64,000 bases of DNA from an uncultured Acidobacteriota bacterium (GCA_963711765.1 CAVQFC010000003.1:548860-612859), one strand, 5' to 3'; positions 54,712 through 63,537 are shown, counted from the first letter of the stretch. Program-made: numbers and translations. Notes: generated from the sequence alone by a model not told the origin.

Positions 54712-54880
54712 ATCCGGCTGCTCGCCTTCGATCTCGTCGTCGGCGCCTGGGCGTGCGGGACGCGAGCAGACGCGGCATCCCGCATCTGCTCGTCGTCCCC
54801 TGCCTGCTGCTGACGTTCATGTTCGACCCGATCGGCTTCATCACGTACTACTCGCTGCGCGCGATCGGCGCCGGACGATT
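54712..54880 (+). pseudogene. C-terminal remnant of an ABA4-like/DUF4281 membrane protein
   Basis: IRLLAFDLVVGAW / frameshift / VRDASRRGIPHLLVVPCLLLTFMFDPIGF; no start codon and no N-terminal half. Confidence 0.6.
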
Positions 54881-55242
54881 TACGCCTGCTTCGGTTTCCA
54901 CATCCCAATCGCCGCACCCGTCGGATCGATGACGACGCTGATCCAGCCGGAGCCCATCACTTCGGTGACGTCCAGCATGACGTTGCCGCCGAGCGACTTG
55001 GCCTTCGCGGTCGAAGCCTGGATGTCATCGACTTGCACGTAGGTCAACCACGCCGAGGGCATCCCCGGTTGCGGCACTTTCTGGATACCACCCACCGTCT
55101 TGTCGCCGGTCTTGATCATCGTGTAAGTCATCGGTCCCATGGGCGTGTCTTCGAGCTTCCAGTCGAACAACTTGCTGTAGAAATCCTTGGCCTTGCCGAC
55201 GTCGGTCGTGTTCAGCTCCGAGTGCACGAAAGCGTTCGCCAT
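54880..55242 (-). CDS. VOC/glyoxalase family protein
   Basis: H.EL.TTD...AK.FY..LFDW, WL.YV.VDD, DPTGA. Confidence 0.9.
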   Translation of the reverse strand: MANAFVHSELNTTDVGKAKDFYSKLFDWKLEDTPMGPMTYTMIKTGDKTVGGIQKVPQPGMPSAWLTYVQVDDIQASTAKAKSLGGNVMLDVTEVMGSGWISVVIDPTGAAIGMWKPKQA

Positions 55243-55411
55243 TGTCCGTCTCTCCTGTTAGGTGTTTGCCAGCCTCGGATTTATAGACGATCAAGGTAAC
55301 GGAAAGTCGACAAATCTGCTGCTGAGTTGAAGCCACGGCACCACGATTGCTTCCCTATGACGAACCGTCCAATGTCAGGGCCCTAAAGTGGGACGGTGGA
55401 TAAGTGTGGAA

Positions 55412-55651
55412 GTGAAAGTTCGAATCAGGGAAAAACCAAGGGAGAGCGAACTCGACGGTGTGCGGCTCGACGGGTTTGTGCCAGGCGTCGTCTACCAGGT
55501 TTCAGCCAGCGTGGGCGCGTGGCTGATCTCGAATCGGTACGCCGATCTCGAGATGCGGAAATCCGCGCACAGCGGGGACGAGAGCTTCTCTGGAGTCAGA
55601 CAGATCCACGACGCGCAGGATCATCCCCATCGCCGATCGACAGATCGCTGA
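55412..55651 (+). CDS. Small hypothetical protein
   Basis: VRIR...ELDGVRLD.F.PG.VY.V...VGAWLI; C-terminal RRSTDR; start approximate. Confidence 0.55.
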   Translation: MKVRIREKPRESELDGVRLDGFVPGVVYQVSASVGAWLISNRYADLEMRKSAHSGDESFSGVRQIHDAQDHPHRRSTDR

Positions 55652-56234
55652 TCGCACGCGCGTACTCCTCAGCCGTATCGATGTCTCGAAACGCGCCTTC
55701 ATCGGCAATCGCCAGGTCGCCCGTGGACGACGCGTGCGCGCGCACGAGGGGCTTCGCTCCAGATTCGGGATCCGCAGCGCGAAGCTCCGCAAACAGCGAA
55801 CGATCGATGATCAACGGATGGCCGTGGCGCGTGCCGGAGGTCGGCCGGACGATCGGAGTTCGAGTGCGTCGGTAGTGATCGACCACGGCACGGACCGTTG
55901 CCGACGAGACCAGAGGGACGTCCACCAGCGTGACCAGAACCGCGACCACGCCGGGACGATCCACGAGGTTGAGGCCCGTGACCAACGACGAAAGTTGCCC
56001 GCGATCGTAATCGGGGTTGAGCGCGACGCGTGCCGGCAGGTTCGCGGTGAAAAACGTGCTGGCAATCGCGTCGGCGTCGTGCCCGAGCACCACCACCACA
56101 TCGTCCACTTCGGCCTGAAGGAACGTCCGCACGATACGCGTGAGGAACGTGTCGCCGCCGTCGAGCGGGAGGCTGGCCTTGGCGCGACCCATCCGCGACG
56201 AGCGGCCCGCCGCCAGCACCAGCGCGGGGATCAT
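55596..56234 (-). CDS. MocA/MobA-like nucleotidyltransferase family protein
   Basis: LAAGRSSRMG..K, NPDY.RGQLSSL, VDVP, GHP, DIDT.EEY. Confidence 0.88.
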   Translation of the reverse strand: MIPALVLAAGRSSRMGRAKASLPLDGGDTFLTRIVRTFLQAEVDDVVVVLGHDADAIASTFFTANLPARVALNPDYDRGQLSSLVTGLNLVDRPGVVAVLVTLVDVPLVSSATVRAVVDHYRRTRTPIVRPTSGTRHGHPLIIDRSLFAELRAADPESGAKPLVRAHASSTGDLAIADEGAFRDIDTAEEYARAISDLSIGDGDDPARRGSV

Positions 56235-56260
56235 CGGCCCAATGTTATAGAATCGCGGCT

Positions 56261-56452
56261 ATGAGCGACGTCGATATCCACATCCGCTGCATGCGCTGCG
56301 GCGCGGCTATGGAGATGCGCGATCCCGGACCGGGTCAGCCGTGGACGCCCGATCAGTTCTGGGTCTGCAACACCTGCGGACGTCACTTCTGGACAACCTA
56401 CCCGCCTCCGGCGCCTCCGAAACCGAAGCCGGCCACTGAGCCGGCCTCATGA
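56261..56452 (+). CDS. 63-aa zinc-ribbon protein
   Basis: CMRC...FWVCNTCGRHFW, Pro-rich tail. Confidence 0.72.
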   Translation: MSDVDIHIRCMRCGAAMEMRDPGPGQPWTPDQFWVCNTCGRHFWTTYPPPAPPKPKPATEPAS

Positions 56453-56580
56453 TTCGTGCGGACGACGACGAGCCGGACGACGTCGACGATGAGGACGACT
56501 TCGACGAGGACGACGAGTCGGACGAGGACGACAGCGAAGAGGAAGAGACCTGGCAGGTATTCTCCTCAGAACTTCGCTAA
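56449..56580 (+). CDS. 43-aa hyper-acidic peptide (not in the ORF track)
   Basis: ATGA overlap with the upstream gene; MIRADDDEPDDVDDEDDFDEDDESDEDDSEEEETWQVFSSELR*. Confidence 0.5.
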   Translation: MIRADDDEPDDVDDEDDFDEDDESDEDDSEEEETWQVFSSELR

Positions 56581-56594
56581 AGAACACTCTTACC

Positions 56595-56762
56595 TTGACT
56601 TCGGGTCGTGAACTGCCTAGACTGGCCGCGTTTTGGACCAGCTCATCAAAAGCTGGACAGATTCGGCCGGCATCGTGTCCCGATGGCTTGTGACTTTCGC
56701 AGGCTCGTAACCGGCTGACTTCCCTTGGGATATCCCTGGGGGTTCGGAACGGAGGGCTTGTT
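56595..56762 (+). promoter_or_regulatory. Sigma70-like promoter and long 5' UTR of the cold-shock gene
   Basis: TTGACT, 17 nt, TAGACT (56595-56623); ~130-nt leader with hairpins such as CCAGCT/AGCTGG; GGAGG Shine-Dalgarno. Confidence 0.65.
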
Positions 56763-56969
56763 ATGCCAACCGGGACTATCGCGCGACTGCTGATCGATAA
56801 GGGTTTCGGATTCATCCGAGATGAAGGCGGCATCGAACACTTCTTCCATCGCAGTTCCGTGCGCGGTGCGGTGTTCGAGTTGCTCCGCGAAGGGCAGAGG
56901 GTCGAATTCACGCCCGAGGACTCGCAGAAAGGTCCGCGGGCGGGTGACGTTCGGCTGATCGAAGGCTGA
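56763..56969 (+). CDS. Cold-shock domain protein
   Basis: KGFGFI (RNP1), FFHRS (RNP2), KGPRA. Confidence 0.93.
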   Translation: MPTGTIARLLIDKGFGFIRDEGGIEHFFHRSSVRGAVFELLREGQRVEFTPEDSQKGPRAGDVRLIEG

Positions 56970-56979
56970 AGTCCGCTTC

Positions 56980-57004
56980 GGGGTCAGGCCAGCGGTCTGA
57001 CCCC
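56980..57004 (+). terminator. Hairpin after the cold-shock gene (terminator or repeat)
   Basis: GGGGTCAGGCC-AGC-GGTCTGACCCC; no strong U tract. Confidence 0.45.
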
Positions 57005-57035
57005 ACCGCTTCCCCTCCCACTAGAATGAAGACAC

Positions 57036-57132
57036 GGAAGTGAACGGGGCCCGGTGGCCCTCCCGGTCTTCAAAATCGGTCGCTCCTCGCTCACGCGAGG
57101 GGGCTGGGTTCGACTCCCAGGCGCTTCCGCCA
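57036..57132 (+). tRNA. selC: tRNA-Sec(UCA)
   Basis: GGAAG start; 6-bp D stem with 4-nt loop; CCGGT-CTTCAAA-ATCGG anticodon arm; long variable arm; CTGGG-TTCGACT-CCCAG; ends GCCA; 97 nt. Confidence 0.94.
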
Positions 57133-57149
57133 CTCAATCAATCTGGTAT

Positions 57150-57198
57150 GTAGTGGCCGGCTTCACTGCCCTCGCGTAGTGGCCGGCTTCAGCCGGCC
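57150..57198. repeat. Tandem GTAG-type REP-like elements
   Basis: GTAGTGGCCGGCTTCA (partial copy at 57150) and GTAGTGGCCGGCTTCAGCCGGCC (57176-57198). Confidence 0.75.
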
Positions 57199-57222
57199 CT
57201 CGAGGGCTATCTGGGGCGGGCG

Positions 57223-57931
57223 CTACGATCCAATCCCGAACGCCGCAATCACGGCGTTCGTGTCGCTCAGATCCTCGAACACGATATCGGCCCCAGCGGC
57301 GCGCAACTCGTCCACGCTGTGTCCACCGGTCGCGACGCCGATCGAGCGTGCGCCCGACGCCTGCGCGCACGCAACATCGAGCGGCGTGTCACCAACGACG
57401 ATGGCATGCGCAGCGGCGATTTCCAGACCATCGCACGAACGAACACGCGCGAGCGCGCGCGGCAACAGACCGTTGCGATCGGGCGCGTTGTCGCCGAACG
57501 CGCCGCAATTGAAGTAGCGCCACAAATCGAAGTCGCTCGAGCTTCATCCGCGCGGACGTCTCGTAGTTTCCGGTCAGCAACGCGAGATACACATCGTCGC
57601 GCTCGACAAGCACGTCCAGGAGTTCCCGCACGCCGGGCATGAGGCCGTTTCGTTTGTCTGGTGGGGAAGCCTGACTGAGCTCGCGATCGAGATGGCGGAA
57701 ATAGACGTCGGGAAAACGCGTCAACTGGGGACTGTCGGCTGGAATACCGAGCGCGCTGGCCGCGTCCGACAGGATCCAGGCGTCAGTTCGACCCGCCATG
57801 GACTGAGATCGCATGGCGTCGGCAGCGCCGAAGAGCTCTTCGAAGGCGTGCGCCATCGCACGCCCGCCGGCGCCGCCGGTGAGTACAAGGGTACCGTCGA
57901 TGTCGAAAAGAATCAGCGTGGGTAAGTTCAG
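57223..57931 (-). CDS. HAD family hydrolase; single-base insertion near 57535; start codon unclear
   Basis: ILFDIDGTL, GRTD, LLTGN, GAFGD, VVGDTPLD. Confidence 0.82.
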
Positions 57932-57936
57932 GTGCG

Positions 57937-58137
57937 TCAGCCTTCGCTGCGAACGTTGCCGGCGCGGGGTCCTTTCGCCGACGGTTCCTCGTCGAAACTA
58001 ACCCGCTCGCCTTCGTTCAACTGGTCGAAACTGCCAGCCACCGAGCTGCGGTGGAAGAACCATTCCTGGCCGGCTTCGTCCCTGATGAATCCAAATCCTC
58101 TGTCGCGGACAAGCCGCTTGATCGTTCCGGTCGCCAT
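57937..58137 (-). CDS. Cold-shock domain protein (second paralog)
   Basis: RGFGFI, FFHRS, KGPRA; AAGGAG Shine-Dalgarno. Confidence 0.92.
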   Translation of the reverse strand: MATGTIKRLVRDRGFGFIRDEAGQEWFFHRSSVAGSFDQLNEGERVSFDEEPSAKGPRAGNVRSEG

Positions 58138-58296
58138 CCGAATCTCCTTGGGCGCCGAGAGCGCCCAAGGAATCGGAATCAATTCCCGTTCCACCAGCCC
58201 CAGGTGGAAAACCGCGAATTTACGGCCGAGCGGTCAGCTCAGCGGTGACGAGCGGCGAAAACTCATACGCGGTTGTACAAGAAAAGCGAACGGCCG

Positions 58297-58734
58297 CTAC
58301 TTGACCGTGACAGTGATCGTCGCGCAGGCGCCCGCGATCGTGTTGTGCAGGTCGTCGCCGAGCTGAAGCGCAAGCTTGTGCTTGCCGGGTGTCAGCTGGC
58401 TGTCGAAGACGTCCTTGCCGTCGCCGAAGTGCACCCACGACGGCGTGCCCTTGACGATGGTCTTGCCCGGCGGCAGGCAGTCCTGATCGATCCCGACGTG
58501 ATAGTGTGCGACGCCGGGACGCGTCTCCTTGACCTCACCGGCCGGCACCGGCGAAATCTGGATCCCCTCCGAGCCGAACTTCATGTGGACCGGGCTGGTG
58601 ACGGTCGCGCCGTTCTTCGGCTCGACAAAGAACACGCGGAGTTTCTTGGCCTTCATGCTCTGCGCGCCGGCGACGGTTCCGAGTCCGGCCAGCATCACGA
58701 CGATCGGCAGCACGAGCTGCTTCTTGAATGTCAT
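58297..58734 (-). CDS. DUF4399 domain protein
   Basis: VFFVEPKNGATVTSP, HYH, HFGDG, LTPGKH.L.LQ.GD..H. Confidence 0.85.
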   Translation of the reverse strand: MTFKKQLVLPIVVMLAGLGTVAGAQSMKAKKLRVFFVEPKNGATVTSPVHMKFGSEGIQISPVPAGEVKETRPGVAHYHVGIDQDCLPPGKTIVKGTPSWVHFGDGKDVFDSQLTPGKHKLALQLGDDLHNTIAGACATITVTVK

Positions 58735-58809
58735 AAGCGATCTCCTTTTCGCGGTCACATCATAGCCGCCTTCGCACGCACGCGTAAGGGCTGAAAGCCG
58801 GAGCTGGCG

Positions 58810-59511
58810 TCAGAACCAGCGCGAACGCGCCCCGGCGGAGCCGGCCGGTCCCCGGCTCCAGCGTCAGTACCTGACCCGCTGCTGCCAGAGCGAACGCTTC
58901 GTCGGCGGTTACGACCACCACGGCGAGGCCACGGCGTCCGGCAATCGTACGGATATGGGCAGCGAAATCGACGGCCTCTGGCCGGTCGAGTCCGGCGCTC
59001 GCGTGTTCGAGCAGGAGAACCTCGGGATCGAGCGCCAGCGCGCGGCCCAGACGTACGAGCAGTCGCCCTCCGGCTCCAAGATCCGCGACAGCACGCGTCC
59101 AGGATTCGGCCGGGAGACCGACCTCGGTCGCGAGCGTTTCGGCCCGCGGCCCGCACTTCGTCGGACGGCGGCTCGACGGCCAGCGTGAACGGCATCGCCA
59201 GATTCTGGACGGGGGTGAGCTGGTCGAGCAGCACGGCGCGCTCGCTCACGATGCCGAAGCGATCGACGGTCGCGAGCCAGTCGGCGCTGTCGGCGATGGC
59301 GGCAGTCGGACGTCCGAACACGAGCACCTCGCCGGCATCGGGCAAAGTGGCGCCGGTGGCGAGGTTGACGAACACCTCGGCCGACACCTGATCGAATCCG
59401 AGCAATCGCGATCCGCTCGCCCGCGCCGACGACCAGCCGCTCGATCCTGAGCGGGCGCAGACCGTGATAGTCCTTCGAGATGCCGGAGAACTCGAGCACC
59501 GGCGGCGTCAC
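58810..59511 (-). CDS. Degenerate ABC ATP-binding-like protein; insertions near 59405, 59145 and possibly 58830
   Basis: Reconstructed LEFSGISKDY..., G...PDAGEVLVFG, LT..QNL, RALALDPEVLLLE; catalytic motifs substituted; 3' end approximate. Confidence 0.68.
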
Positions 59512-59972
59512 GACTGGATGCGTTGATTGACCTCGTTGACCACGCGGCTGGACTCGGCGATCGCCGAGATCTCGATCTTCACGGCGGCAAGGTTACAGGC
59601 GATCGCGCCGTACGCAAACATCGCGTGAACGATCGGCGGCAGCACGTTGGTATCTACGAAGACGCCGAGGAGCGCGGCGCCGATGGTCGCGCCCATCGCA
59701 AACGTGCCGACCGAGAACACCGGCACCCGCGCGGCGGCGATCCGTCGATAGAAATCGCCGGTCACGTTGTGCTCGGCCATCGCGTCCTTGACCGCTTTTC
59801 CCTTGCCGATCAGATAGAACATCATCATCGAATGCGCGAGCAGGATGATCAGCGTCGAGAAAATGCCGAAGGAGATGTGCCGGGCGACGTCCGTGCCGCG
59901 CAGTCCGTAGACGGCGGTCGTGACGAGGCCGGTCAGGCCGATGAAAACCGCGGTGAGCAGCGCTTGAGCCAA
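59508..59972 (-). CDS. Four-helix membrane protein
   Basis: Hydrophobic segments with His residues (RHI, AHS, VHA); coupled to the downstream gene. Confidence 0.72.
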   Translation of the reverse strand: MAQALLTAVFIGLTGLVTTAVYGLRGTDVARHISFGIFSTLIILLAHSMMMFYLIGKGKAVKDAMAEHNVTGDFYRRIAAARVPVFSVGTFAMGATIGAALLGVFVDTNVLPPIVHAMFAYGAIACNLAAVKIEISAIAESSRVVNEVNQRIQS

Positions 59973-59990
59973 GAGCGGATTATGCCACCT

Positions 59991-60854
59991 TCATCGCTGG
60001 CCGTGAGCCGGGTCGGCTGGTTGCGATTGCCGGAGCGCGGCGCGGCGCTGCAGCTCGTCGAACGCCTGGCGCGGCAGGGCGATGCTGCCGGGTCCGAATC
60101 CGCCGTGCATGTCGTCGCCGTGAAAATCGGAGCCGCCTGACATCGCGAGGTCGAGCCGCTCCGCCAGCGCTCGATAGCGCGCCACGGCCTTGTCGTCGTG
60201 CTTGCTGTGATAAACCTCGATCGCATCGAGTCCGGCGGCGGCGAACTCGGGAATCCGGTCATCGAGGCCCATCAGCGCGGGATGGGCCATCGACGCGATC
60301 CCGCCGGCATCGTGAAGCCGCGCGAACACTTCGGGCGGCGCCGCGGCGGCGCGTGGGATGAAGGCCGGGCGCCCTTTCGACAGCCATCGGTCGAAGGCTT
60401 CGTTGGTGTTCCTGGCGTGTCCGCCGGCGACCAGCGCCCGCGCGATCCACGGCCGGCCGACCGACCTCGTCGGGTCCTCGATTCCCGGCGCCACGATCGC
60501 GTCAGCGTCCAGCTGGATGCCAGACGCCGCGAGGCGATGGATCATGCGGCGCACACGATCGACACGGCGCTGACGCTGCTCGGCGAGAAACGCCGCCAGC
60601 ATCGTCGACTCCGTGTCGAAGAAATATCCGAGGACATGAATGTCCGCATCGTCGAGGACCGCCGTGATCTCGATGCCGGGGACGAGGACCAGGCCGGCCT
60701 CCCGCGCCGCAGCCGACGCTTCCGCGCATCCCGCGACCGTGTCGTGATCGGTGACGCTCAGCACGCTGACTCCGGCAGCGGCCGCACGAGCCACCAGATC
60801 AGCCGGCGTACAGCGTCCGTCGGACGCCGTGGTGTGCGTGTGCAGGTCGATCAT
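59991..60854 (-). CDS. PHP domain phosphoesterase (TrpH/YciV-like)
   Basis: DLHTHTTASDG, TDHDT, GIEI, HVLGY, AHP, GGSDFHG. Confidence 0.92.
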   Translation of the reverse strand: MIDLHTHTTASDGRCTPADLVARAAAAGVSVLSVTDHDTVAGCAEASAAAREAGLVLVPGIEITAVLDDADIHVLGYFFDTESTMLAAFLAEQRQRRVDRVRRMIHRLAASGIQLDADAIVAPGIEDPTRSVGRPWIARALVAGGHARNTNEAFDRWLSKGRPAFIPRAAAAPPEVFARLHDAGGIASMAHPALMGLDDRIPEFAAAGLDAIEVYHSKHDDKAVARYRALAERLDLAMSGGSDFHGDDMHGGFGPGSIALPRQAFDELQRRAALRQSQPADPAHGQR

Positions 60855-61873
60855 CGGCCCGAGCGGGCCGTGCGACGGGAAGCCGATCGCGTTGCCGCGC
60901 CGCGTTTGGGTCGCGGCGCCTGGCTGGAGCGTTTGCCTGGCGCGGCCTGCCGTTCGCGGAGCGCGCGATATTCGCGCAGCAGCAGGTCGAGATGAGCGCG
61001 TTCCTCGTCGGCGAACTCGAGGAAGATCTGCTTGCCCTCGGAGTCCTCGAAGCGCTCGCCGTAGCGTTTGAAGAAGCGATGCGAGCCGCGCTCGCAGCGA
61101 ATGCCGATGAGCAGGGCTTCGAGGTCGTTGACGCCGTCGCGCAGCTGTTTGGCGCCATCCGCGAACAGTCCGCTCGCGGCGCCCTTGAAGAAGAGAAAGG
61201 TCGGGCGCGACTCGAGTTCCGGATCGCCCGCCAGCAGCTGCTCGTAGCGGGCCTGCAGGGTGCCGAGGTGTTCGCCCTCTTCGGCCGCCAGTTTCTGGAA
61301 CACCGACCGCCCGCGCGGATCCTTGGTCTGGCTGGCGGCGCGCGTATAGAAATCCAGTCCGCTCCGTTCGGTCGCGATGGCCATGCGGAGGGCGTCGCGC
61401 GCGAACACGAGCTCGGTCGTCGGGCCGTCCAGGTTCGGCACTTTCTTCCCGGTGCGACACTCTTCGCAGGTGCCGTAGATCTGGACCACGGAATGATTCG
61501 TCGCGAACTGGCGCGCAGCCGCAATCTCTTCCATCAGCGTCTCGACGTCGGAGCTCAGGAACTCGGACGAGGAGTGACAGGTCGTGCAGATCAGGTGAAA
61601 GTGGCGGGGGTGACGATACGCCGGCTCGAAGCGCGAGCGGCCCTCGCCGAAGTCCACTTTTCGCGCGATGCCGGCGCCGACCATCCACTGGAGCGTGCGA
61701 TACACCGTGGCGCGGCCGATTCCGGACGCTTCGCCGCGGACCTGGTCGAACAGATCGTCGGCGCTGACGTGGCCTTGCTGGCGCAGGAATACCGCGAGGA
61801 TGCGATCGCGCTTGGTGGAGCGCTTGCCGCCGACCGGGCGGAGCGCGTCGAGATCGGGAAGTGGACGGTCCAT
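60851..61873 (-). CDS. Fur-family regulator fused to a ferritin-like/rubrerythrin domain
   Basis: H.SA, ATVYRTL, HFHLICTTC, YGTCEEC; then AI.TE...FY...LAAEEGEH and ...CE..S..FF...FADEERAH. Confidence 0.88.
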   Translation of the reverse strand: MDRPLPDLDALRPVGGKRSTKRDRILAVFLRQQGHVSADDLFDQVRGEASGIGRATVYRTLQWMVGAGIARKVDFGEGRSRFEPAYRHPRHFHLICTTCHSSSEFLSSDVETLMEEIAAARQFATNHSVVQIYGTCEECRTGKKVPNLDGPTTELVFARDALRMAIATERSGLDFYTRAASQTKDPRGRSVFQKLAAEEGEHLGTLQARYEQLLAGDPELESRPTFLFFKGAASGLFADGAKQLRDGVNDLEALLIGIRCERGSHRFFKRYGERFEDSEGKQIFLEFADEERAHLDLLLREYRALRERQAAPGKRSSQAPRPKRGAATRSASRRTARSGR

Positions 61874-61897
61874 GTCGAAATTGGCGGTCAGTGAGTG

Positions 61898-61929
61898 GGT
61901 GAATTGGCGACGGTGATCACCAATTCACC
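61898..61929 (-). repeat. Intergenic hairpin with ATTCACC-type short repeats
   Basis: Minus-strand RNA GGUGAAUUGGUGA/UCGCCAAUUCACC forms a 13-bp stem with one G-U pair. Confidence 0.6.
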
Positions 61930-61945
61930 GATTCACCATCACCAA

Positions 61946-62275
61946 TTAATCGACGGAGAACGACGAGCCGCAGCCGCAGGTCGAGGTCGCCTGGGGATTC
62001 TTGATCGTGAACCCGCCGCCGGTGACCGTGTCGACGAAATCGACTTCCGCGCCGGTCAGGTAGCGGATGCTGATCGGATCGACGAACAGCTTCACGCCGT
62101 GCGACTCGTAGACCTGGTCCATGGCGCCCTGGCCGTTTTCCTCGATCATGAGCCCGTACTGGAATCCCGAGCAACCGCCGCCCTGGACGAACACGCGCAG
62201 CCCGCTGCCGGCTTTGTTCTCCTCGGACAGCAGCTCGTTGATTTTCGATGCCGCTGTTTCTGAAACGTTAATCAT
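61946..62275 (-). CDS. erpA: A-type Fe-S carrier ErpA/IscA
   Basis: LRVFVQGGGCSGFQYG, NPQATSTCGCGSSF. Confidence 0.92.
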   Translation of the reverse strand: MINVSETAASKINELLSEENKAGSGLRVFVQGGGCSGFQYGLMIEENGQGAMDQVYESHGVKLFVDPISIRYLTGAEVDFVDTVTGGGFTIKNPQATSTCGCGSSFSVD

Positions 62276-62321
62276 GGACACATTATAGCAAGAACCCGGT
62301 TGGTATACTGCAGCGCGTCCC

Positions 62322-63250
62322 ATGCCGTATGTAACGATTCCCGCGATTTCCCGGTCAAATCTGCTCGTTGCGGCGGAACGGCGATGGACGGCGGTCCGGC
62401 TGGCCCGGCCCGATCTCGAGCCGGCGCTGGCGCTCCAGCAGCGCCTGCTGACCCTGATAACCGAGCTGACCGCGACGCTGGAGGGCGGCCGGATTCCCAG
62501 ACTGTCGCTGCCGCCGAAATACCTGGCCGCCAAGCTGGCGCGCGGCGTCCCGGCGTTTACCGGCGAGCCGATTCCGCTTCCCGCGCCGGCGATGCGTCCA
62601 GCCCTGCTCGGTTTGTGCGAAGCACTGGAGGCCGGCGGCGCCGGCCAGGCCGCGGCGCATATCCGCACTGTTATAGACGCCGGCGAGATCGACGCAGGTT
62701 CGTTGTTGAACGCGTCGTTCAATCGGGACCAGACCGCGATTCGCACCGGCGCGGTCCACCGCGGCCTGGCGCCCGACCTGGTGTGGCTGATCGCCGAGCT
62801 CGCCGTGAGCCCGTTCGCCTATCTCCTGCAGCGGACGCTCCTTGGCGGCGAAGTCGCCGCCGCGCTTGACGCCGCGCTCGACGCCTGGCCGCACGGCTAC
62901 TGTCCGGCGTGCGGCTCGTGGCCGGCCATCGGTGAAGTGGTCGGCGGACACCGCACGCTGCGCTGCTCCTTCTGCTCGAGCGCGTGGGAGCTGCGCACCT
63001 ACGCGTGCATCTACTGCGCCGAGAGCGGCGAGGCGTTCGTGACGTCGGCGCCGAACCGCGAGCGCACCGATCGTCGTCTCGAGCTGTGCTCGTCGTGCGG
63101 CGGCTACCTGAAGACGGCCGACCTGCCCGAACTGTCGCCGTTCCCGCTGCTTGTCGATCTCGGATATCGAGACGACCGACCTCGATGTGGCCGCAATGGA
63201 GCACGGATACGGACGTCCGCCGCTCGAGGGACTTCGCGATCAAACGCTGA
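62322..63250 (+). CDS. fdhE: Formate dehydrogenase accessory protein FdhE-like; insertions near 63153 and 63226
   Basis: W.HGYCPACGSWP, R.LRCSFC...W, CIYC, CSSCGGYLK, LDVAAM..GY. Confidence 0.85.
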
Positions 63251-63272
63251 GGGCGACGCTGCGCTCGGATTC

Positions 63273-63537
63273 CGGCAGCACGGCGATGGTGTTGTCGCCG
63301 GTCTCCGCTTCGCGCGCCGGGAAGTCGGCCTTCGCTCGGCGTGCTTCCGCAGCCGCAGCGACTATCGGCTGGCTTCAACACGGGTCGGTCGCGCATGCAC
63401 CGACCTTCTTGCTTCGAGGATTCGGGATCACGCAGAACGAAGTCGCTGCGAATGGCTCGCTACGCCCGGCTTCCTGCTTCGCGGCGCGACGGCGCGCTCA
63501 GACCTCGACCGGCGACAACACCATCGTCACGCTGCCG
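63273..63537. repeat. Nested inverted-repeat element (MITE-like or structured RNA)
   Basis: 31-nt arms at 63273-63303 and 63507-63537 (28/31 complementary) with three inner stems. Confidence 0.7.

Noticed and set aside
52293-63250. LigD-Pol, HAD, ABC-like and fdhE as true pseudogenes or programmed frameshifts
   Set aside because: The breaks are isolated single-base insertions without slippery sites and without other decay, which fits sequencing error.
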